A stretch of DNA of 64,000 nt, from assembly GCA_043228905.1 (NCBI GenBank), contig JBHGNT010000001.1, positions 13,950,001 to 14,014,000 of the forward strand, written 5' to 3'. Under the pieces are notes generated by a model. The model searched no databases. It was given only the letters and a program-made list of their open reading frames with translations, and was not told where the DNA came from. A program made the position numbers and the translations under genes. Source of the stretch: Azolla caroliniana (Eukaryota > Plantae > Polypodiophyta). How positions within the stretch are numbered: the stretch's first letter is position 1; the number at the start of each line of letters is the position of its first letter. Shown piece after piece: positions 61,521 through 64,000 of the stretch.

Positions 61521-61621
61521 TGCAAAGGACGTATGTATGCATATTCCTCTCCCAATCGATGTATTCATGCATCAATTTGTCCCTCATTCTTTTGTTGCTT
61601 TACATTTTAGGGTTTCCAGTC

Positions 61622-62803
61622 ATGGCATCCGCAGACATCCTAGTAGTTGAGAATGAAAGCAAAGCCGATCCCACTCATGGTATCAGGGTTTCCTCCCTCA
61701 TCATGGAAACCATCTCCTCTAGCCATGAAGTAAAGAGACGAAAAGTTACTCACGAAGCAGAGTATCAGGTAGATTATATATTAATTATAATAATGTATAA
61801 TTCACGGTGTTTTCCATTGTTGTGGAATGAAATTCGAGTTCGTAATTCTAGCCTATAGTATAGTAATTGGCATCATGCAATGGGATGCAGAATGATTCAG
61901 ATTCAGATTCCGAATCCACAGGCGCAGATGAAGACGAATCCACTGAGGCAGATGAAAGGAGCACACAAGGTGCTATAGAGGTAATTCATCGCAAAATCAT
62001 TACGACTACTGCATACATAGTACAAGGAAAGCTTGCTATGAATGTGCATGTGGTTTCTTACATCCACAACACAACTCTCTCTTCCATGAAATACAGGTGG
62101 ATTCTGTGAATGAAAAGTTGAATGCTCTGCAGAATCTTCTACCACATGGCCTCGAAGTAAAAATTCCTCACCCATTTTCTCCATCCAACCTTAATATCAA
62201 AACACACACATACACACACACACACACACATACTCAAATAGGATACACACATGAATGTGTAAAGAGGATATGCATACATACATGATACACGAGAGAGACA
62301 GAGAGAGATAAATCGTTTGGCTTTGTTTATCTCTGTAGCTAGAGGAGGATGAAATATTAAGGGTGGCTGTGGAGTATGTGAAAGAGTTGGAGATGGAGAT
62401 TCAGGTATGTGTGTTGATTTCTAGCAGAGTGTGTACAGAGTATTGTTCTACACACAGTCATTTACAGTGAAAACATTAACTTTGACACACATTCTCAAGG
62501 ATTCCATCCACAATGCAAGCATATATATTCACTTTGACACATTCTCTTGCTCATTCCTCACCATAATACATCAAACTTGTACCCGTGATGCTGCCTGACA
62601 TTTATGAGTTGATTTCTCTCTCTTGAAACTTACAGAGCTGATTAAATTTAGTGCACATTCTCATGTTTTCTTATGTGTAGATGTTTGGAACTTCAACAGA
62701 GGATTGGTATGGACATAACAATGACATGGGCGATGCACCCTTGCAAAAGAGAGGCCTATGCATAGTTCCCCTATCAACTCTTGCTAAAGCTAAAGCTTTA
62801 TAA
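61622..62803 (+). CDS. Small atypical (acidic, probably non-DNA-binding) HLH protein, ~161 aa, 5 coding exons
   Basis: Phase-0 exons 61622-61768, 61891-61980, 62097-62156, 62339-62404 and 62681-62803. Product: ...KRRK...NDSDSDSESTGADEDESTEADE...VDSVNEKLNALQNLLPHGLE|LEEDEILRVAVEYVKELEMEIQ|...LQKRGLCIVPLS. Probable 5'-UTR intron at 61314-61610. Confidence 0.8.
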
Positions 62804-64000
62804 GGAAAAACATAGATAGAAATCCCTCCCTCTCCCCCTCTCTTAGTATCTGTGGGCATGTTTCCCTATCTCGCTTGGCCATCTAGCTGATGGCATGTAT
62901 TTGTGCAAGATGATGAAAGATCGCACCATGCAAAACACCTCTTTTGCTTTGCACTTGAGAAGTTTTAAGGAAATCAAATTTAATCTTGAATTTGGTACAA
63001 TGCATCTTAAGGTTTTAAGAAAACCAAATTTAATCATGAATGTGATACAATGCGATGCATCTTAATCCGTGATATATCTTAGATGGGGGCATATATCACC
63101 ATACATGCAAAGGAAGTCTCTAATGTGATTTACATGCTTATCTCAAATTCAAGGAAATTATTCAAGGAACTTTCTACCCTGCGCCATGTTTCATGTACTA
63201 TATTTAGGAACTTCATTGAAGGTCTAACAAGGGGTTCATCCTTGTCACTGTTACTGATGATCAATTTCCACACGATACAATACACAATGACATAATGATC
63301 ATAACTAGTACAACTAATTATTGGATAAGGGGTAGGTATAAAAGATGAATTTCTTGAGAATACAAGGCTATGGACAATGAACGAGAGTTACAAAAAGGAT
63401 CACATAATGTTCCATTGGTAGGATTGTATCGAATACCTGTATTGACAGTAAAACATAAAAGATCTACCGCAGTCATTGACAATCAGCAACATTCTATCAA
63501 AGGAACCATTTCCTCATTATGTAGACTGAATATATATATTCATTAAAAGAACTAGGCACATCATAGAAAGCAATGAAGGAAAGAGGCCTCAGTACACTAT
63601 GCTATGTCCATGAAAAGCTACAGCCGTTGCACACTGAGACAAGCAATCATAATCTAAATCATTTCCTCAAAGAAAAAGAATGAGAACAAAGTAGCACTCC
63701 CATTTTCCAGATGAAGGTCACTCGGAGCTAGACTCTAGAATGTATGTACTATGACTGCTACAAACAAAAGTTACCCATCCTAACAAATAATAATGTTGAA
63801 CCTATGTTAACAAATAGTATCATGCCATACCTTATCAAACATACAAAACTCGAAGTTAATTAAATTGAAGGTTTTGCAACTTGATTTTTTAAAAATACAA
63901 CCGTCATTAAGATATTTGACTTTCAATACAGTGGATTCATTCCATGTTATGTTGCAGTTATCCTGATAACACTGCTTCTGACATTAGTAAGCACATGTTT

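Noticed and set aside
60253-61610. ORFs rich in HT, ER, CV or SL dipeptides (up to 196 aa)
   Set aside because: Translations of microsatellites.
63125-63290. ~50-codon open stretch on the minus strand, possibly the last exon of a neighbouring gene
   Set aside because: No recognisable domain or convincing splice acceptor.

Overview
Eukaryotic nuclear DNA from a land plant. The TE spectrum, microsatellites and PTOX type suggest a non-seed plant such as a fern (inference). Four spliced genes were reconstructed by hand, and the ORF track misses most of them: PTOX (+, 5'-partial, 1796-4628), RPL39 (-, 9424-10088), RRS1 (+, 23071-26910) and a small atypical HLH gene (+, 61622-62803). Over half of the window is nested retrotransposons: two decayed L1-type LINEs, four Copia elements, two Gypsy elements and a solo LTR, plus two hAT-type MITEs. 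Best leads: (1) a chromovirus with an 11-nt Tf1-style self-priming PBS and a second anti-primer copy in U3 that forms a hairpin; (2) a compact Gag-PR-INT-tail Gypsy with a 4-bp TSD, tRNA-Ala-type PBS and -1 frameshift cassette, which looks animal-like; (3) a very young TG...TA Copia with identical LTRs but no RNase H; (4) an apparent one-ended Copia integration; (5) an algal-type PTOX; (6) head-to-head 60S genes separated by about 12 kb of TEs. All alignments and mismatch counts were done by eye and no database searches were run.
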